From Laetmonice hystrix (taxonomy: Eukaryota), in assembly GCA_965235115.1 (NCBI GenBank), contig OZ249436.1, positions 44,020,001 through 44,084,000 on the forward strand: a stretch of 64,000 nt of DNA, read 5' to 3'. Both the position numbers and the translations under genes were made by a program. Within the stretch, counting starts at the first letter, position 1, and every line of letters starts with the position of its first letter. Under the pieces are notes generated by a model. The model saw only the letters and a program-made list of their open reading frames with translations. It ran no database searches and was not told the origin of the DNA. Of this stretch, positions 62,901 to 64,000 are shown in pieces.

Positions 62901-63697
62901 CGGCATTCCCGAACAAAAGGTTTTTGGGGAGGGCCCCCAGGCCCCCCAAAATGGGCACAAATCTTCTCACATGTGGCTGGAAGGGGGAAGTACAAATGTG
63001 AGAGGCTTTGCGGTCACGGGAAGAGCCTCAGACCACCGGGTTACGGGGCAGAGCCTCAGACCACCGAGCCACCGCGGCTCCTTTCAGGTGTGAAAAAAAT
63101 ATCCAGGAGAGCAGAGAAAAACATCAAACCCACTGAAATGACTCAGGGCAGTAACTTTAAGGATCGAGGAATGGACGACCTCGACTGACCTCGTCATGTT
63201 TTAATTGGCGCGATGATATATAATTGTTCTAATTAAGTTGACAAATGGTACCAGCCCTACCGACTATCATACATAGGAATCTTTTGCCACGCTCGTGCGA
63301 ACAGCCTAACAGTCACCAATTTCTGTTTGTATTATGTTAATTATAACTGATGAAAACGAGGCTGTTTCCAAGAACTGGGACGCCTTACTCTGGTGACTTG
63401 AGGATGGTGGTCTCCTTGGCAACCAAAAGTTCACTGCGTCTCATAGTTTCTCACCTTTTATAAATTTTATCTGTGTGAGTTCGGAGCAGATATTCGCCGG
63501 TGTCGAGCTCAATCCCCGTCAGGTTGACAATGATATTGTTGGTAGATGTACGCATGCGTGGCGGAAGTTCCATGCCACCTAGCGGACACCGATAACGGCC
63601 GTTGATACATCCACACTCGGTGACGTCATTCTTTGTGACGGGCAGTGATGATGTCGGGGGCACGACGAAAGGCGACGGCAGACGTTTGCACACAGAC
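41444..63697 (-). CDS. ABCA: ABCA-family transporter (ABCA12/13-like), 3' half: ECD2 end, TMD2, NBD2, R2 and tail; 15 exons, ~900 aa; gene continues beyond the window
   Basis: Exons 63455-63697, 62371-62595, 60720-60897, 58604-58719, 57670-57817, 56800-57053, 51787-51907, 50654-50722, 50113-50219, 47742-47883, 46993-47127, 43884-44080, 42878-42983, 42264-42401, 41444-41971 join in frame (2707 bp). Motifs [23 protein letters not shown], Walker [36 protein letters not shown]. Confidence 0.95.
42264..42401 (-). CDS. ABCA: ABCA exon ([12 protein letters not shown]...[13 protein letters not shown])
   Basis: IEDYSxxQTTL motif; phase 0/0. Confidence 0.95.
42878..42983 (-). CDS. ABCA: ABCA exon ([11 protein letters not shown]...FPGTVLK)
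   Basis: R2 domain; phase 2/0. Confidence 0.93.
43884..44080 (-). CDS. ABCA: ABCA exon (DEPTTGMDP...[21 protein letters not shown])
   Basis: Walker B end, D-loop, H-loop; phase 0/2. Confidence 0.97.
44135..44262. repeat. Three ~44-bp copies
   Basis: CTTCCAAAGGGG(T/C)GGGTCGTTTGGGG...AAAGTG(G/A)ACC. Confidence 0.9.
45880..46712. repeat. Minisatellite, 18-bp unit
   Basis: GTGGTAACACTGTCA(G/C)C(T/C). Confidence 0.95.
46993..47127 (-). CDS. ABCA: ABCA exon (signature [10 protein letters not shown]...ELVLL), GC donor
   Basis: 45 codons; must end CTG|gcaagt to join DEPT. Confidence 0.93.
47613..47767 (-). repeat. Five 31-bp copies of an ABCA exon end plus donor site
   Basis: CTTACCTTTGGCAGGTCGTGGGAGGGGATAG at 47613, 47644, 47675, 47706 and 47737. 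Confidence 0.95.
47742..47883 (-). CDS. ABCA: ABCA exon (Q-loop GYCPQNDGL)
   Basis: Q-loop; donor AAG|gtaagc; phase 2/0. Confidence 0.95.
48198..49302. repeat. Minisatellite, 55-56-bp unit, ~20 copies
   Basis: CCTCAAATACTGACCTCTATCTCTGCCCCAAAACTTACCACCGGCCCTCAGACAT. Confidence 0.95.
49531..49955. repeat. Minisatellite, 50-bp unit
   Basis: CCGATTACCAAGGTGACCTAATCTCCCGGAGCTGACTCTCAAACGTTACA. Confidence 0.95.
50113..50219 (-). CDS. ABCA: ABCA exon (Walker [15 protein letters not shown])
   Basis: Walker A; phase 0/2. Confidence 0.97.
50654..50722 (-). CDS. ABCA: ABCA exon ([23 protein letters not shown])
   Basis: NBD2 start; phase 0/0. Confidence 0.95.
50751..51510. repeat. Minisatellite, 51-bp unit
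   Basis: AAACATCTTATAGAGAGAATATGGTAACATACTGACATGTCACATGTAAAC. Confidence 0.95.
51787..51907 (-). CDS. ABCA: ABCA exon ([12 protein letters not shown]...LQNLTK)
   Basis: EDxDV-ER motif preceding NBD2; phase 2/0. Confidence 0.95.
52345..53390. repeat. Quasi-palindromic minisatellite, 34-bp unit, ~30 copies
   Basis: TCTCCT(G/T)CTTCAAGAAGAGAGAAATCTCTTGGTC. Confidence 0.95.
53391..53549. mobile_element. MITE adjoining the 34-bp array
   Basis: GAGTTTCACCCAACGCGCCGAGTGGTG / CACCACTCGGCACGCTGGGTGAAAACTC; internal CCTAAACCTAACC. Confidence 0.7.
53640..53705. repeat. Short array of ACACACAAAACTTTGTT units
   Basis: Direct reading. Confidence 0.85.
54178..55570 (+). repeat. G-rich minisatellite, ~40-bp unit, ~34 copies
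   Basis: GGGGATGGAGATAGGGACTAGGGGTTAGGGGGCAGGGCTA. Confidence 0.95.
56800..57053 (-). CDS. ABCA: ABCA exon ([11 protein letters not shown]...NPFTFDMIG)
   Basis: Conserved FPxFxLG motif; phase 0/2. Confidence 0.95.
57670..57817 (-). CDS. ABCA: ABCA exon (TM)
   Basis: [14 protein letters not shown]...NLFVGLNT; phase 2/0. Confidence 0.9.
58030..58555. repeat. Minisatellite, 35-bp unit with two CCAATCA per unit
   Basis: CCAATCATGGACCGAATCACGGTTCCAATCATTGA. Confidence 0.95.
58604..58719 (-). CDS. ABCA: ABCA exon (TM)
   Basis: [38 protein letters not shown]; phase 0/2. Confidence 0.9.
58997..60383. repeat. Minisatellite, 65-67-bp unit, ~21 copies
   Basis: CCAGCTTGTAACACCTCATCATAACTCTTACAGGAATCTTACCCACGATTCTAGATATTATCTGG. 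Confidence 0.95.
60720..60897 (-). CDS. ABCA: ABCA exon (TM; [15 protein letters not shown]...[10 protein letters not shown])
   Basis: ABCA E-x5-KHLQ...YW motif; phase 2/0. Confidence 0.95.
61115..61980. repeat. Minisatellite, 70-bp unit
   Basis: GACGTAGACTCTAGGAAGGCGTGTACCGGTATTTATGGGACGTAAAGTTTAGACAGAAGGGTAGC.GGAG. Confidence 0.95.
62272..62350. repeat. 11-bp G-rich array
   Basis: GGTGGGGGTGC-like units. Confidence 0.9.
62371..62595 (-). CDS. ABCA: ABCA exon (FGGWTF...[25 protein letters not shown]...[11 protein letters not shown])
   Basis: Classic ABCA ECD2 motifs; phase 2/2. Confidence 0.95.
63455..63697 (-). CDS. ABCA: ABCA exon (ECD2; [11 protein letters not shown])
   Basis: ag/gt bounded, phase 2/2. 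Confidence 0.9.
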
Positions 63698-64000
63698 CTT
63701 AATGAGCAGTCACAAGTCACAAAAACAGATCCAAATACAAATGTACAATACTAATTTCTTATTTCCTTTTTTTGGTTTGGTTAAACTTCGATCTATTGTA
63801 TATATTACATAAGTAGTGAACACGAAGAAAGTCGACCAATGAAGGTCTAGCTGGTGGCAAAGTGCGACGACTAGTGGGCCTAGTTTAGCCCCCCCCCCCA
63901 CCCCCTAGTTACCCCCTCCCCCCCGGTGGGTTGGGGTCAGACTGACCTGAGATCAGAATCATTCAGACAAGTGGGCCCCACGCCCGGCTCTCTGAACACC

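Overview
Eukaryotic, intron-rich animal DNA (probably a bilaterian invertebrate; inferred from splice signals, small inverted-repeat elements and minisatellite load), with two N gaps (1135-1340, 27809-28001). (1) A ~14.6-kb mobile element at ~17535-32106, bounded by imperfect terminal inverted repeats (26/30 identity). It splits a small MITE at a (TG)n tract. It carries one spliced + strand gene whose exons phase-join into SET lysine methyltransferase domain / 17-aa repeat linker / zinc fingers / tyrosine recombinase / C-terminal Myb-SANT-like module. The terminal motif GTCCTCACTTTG recurs as intronic arrays inside the element. (2) The 3' half of an ABCA12/13-like transporter on the - strand (15 exons, 63697 to 41444), with a GC-AG intron, a five-fold tandem-duplicated splice donor and a long Tyr-motif tail. 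(3) About 30 unrelated minisatellites (about one third of the window), several MITEs and a few orphan candidate exons in the first 17 kb. No tRNA, rRNA or CRISPR array was recognised. All coordinates and alignments were read by eye.
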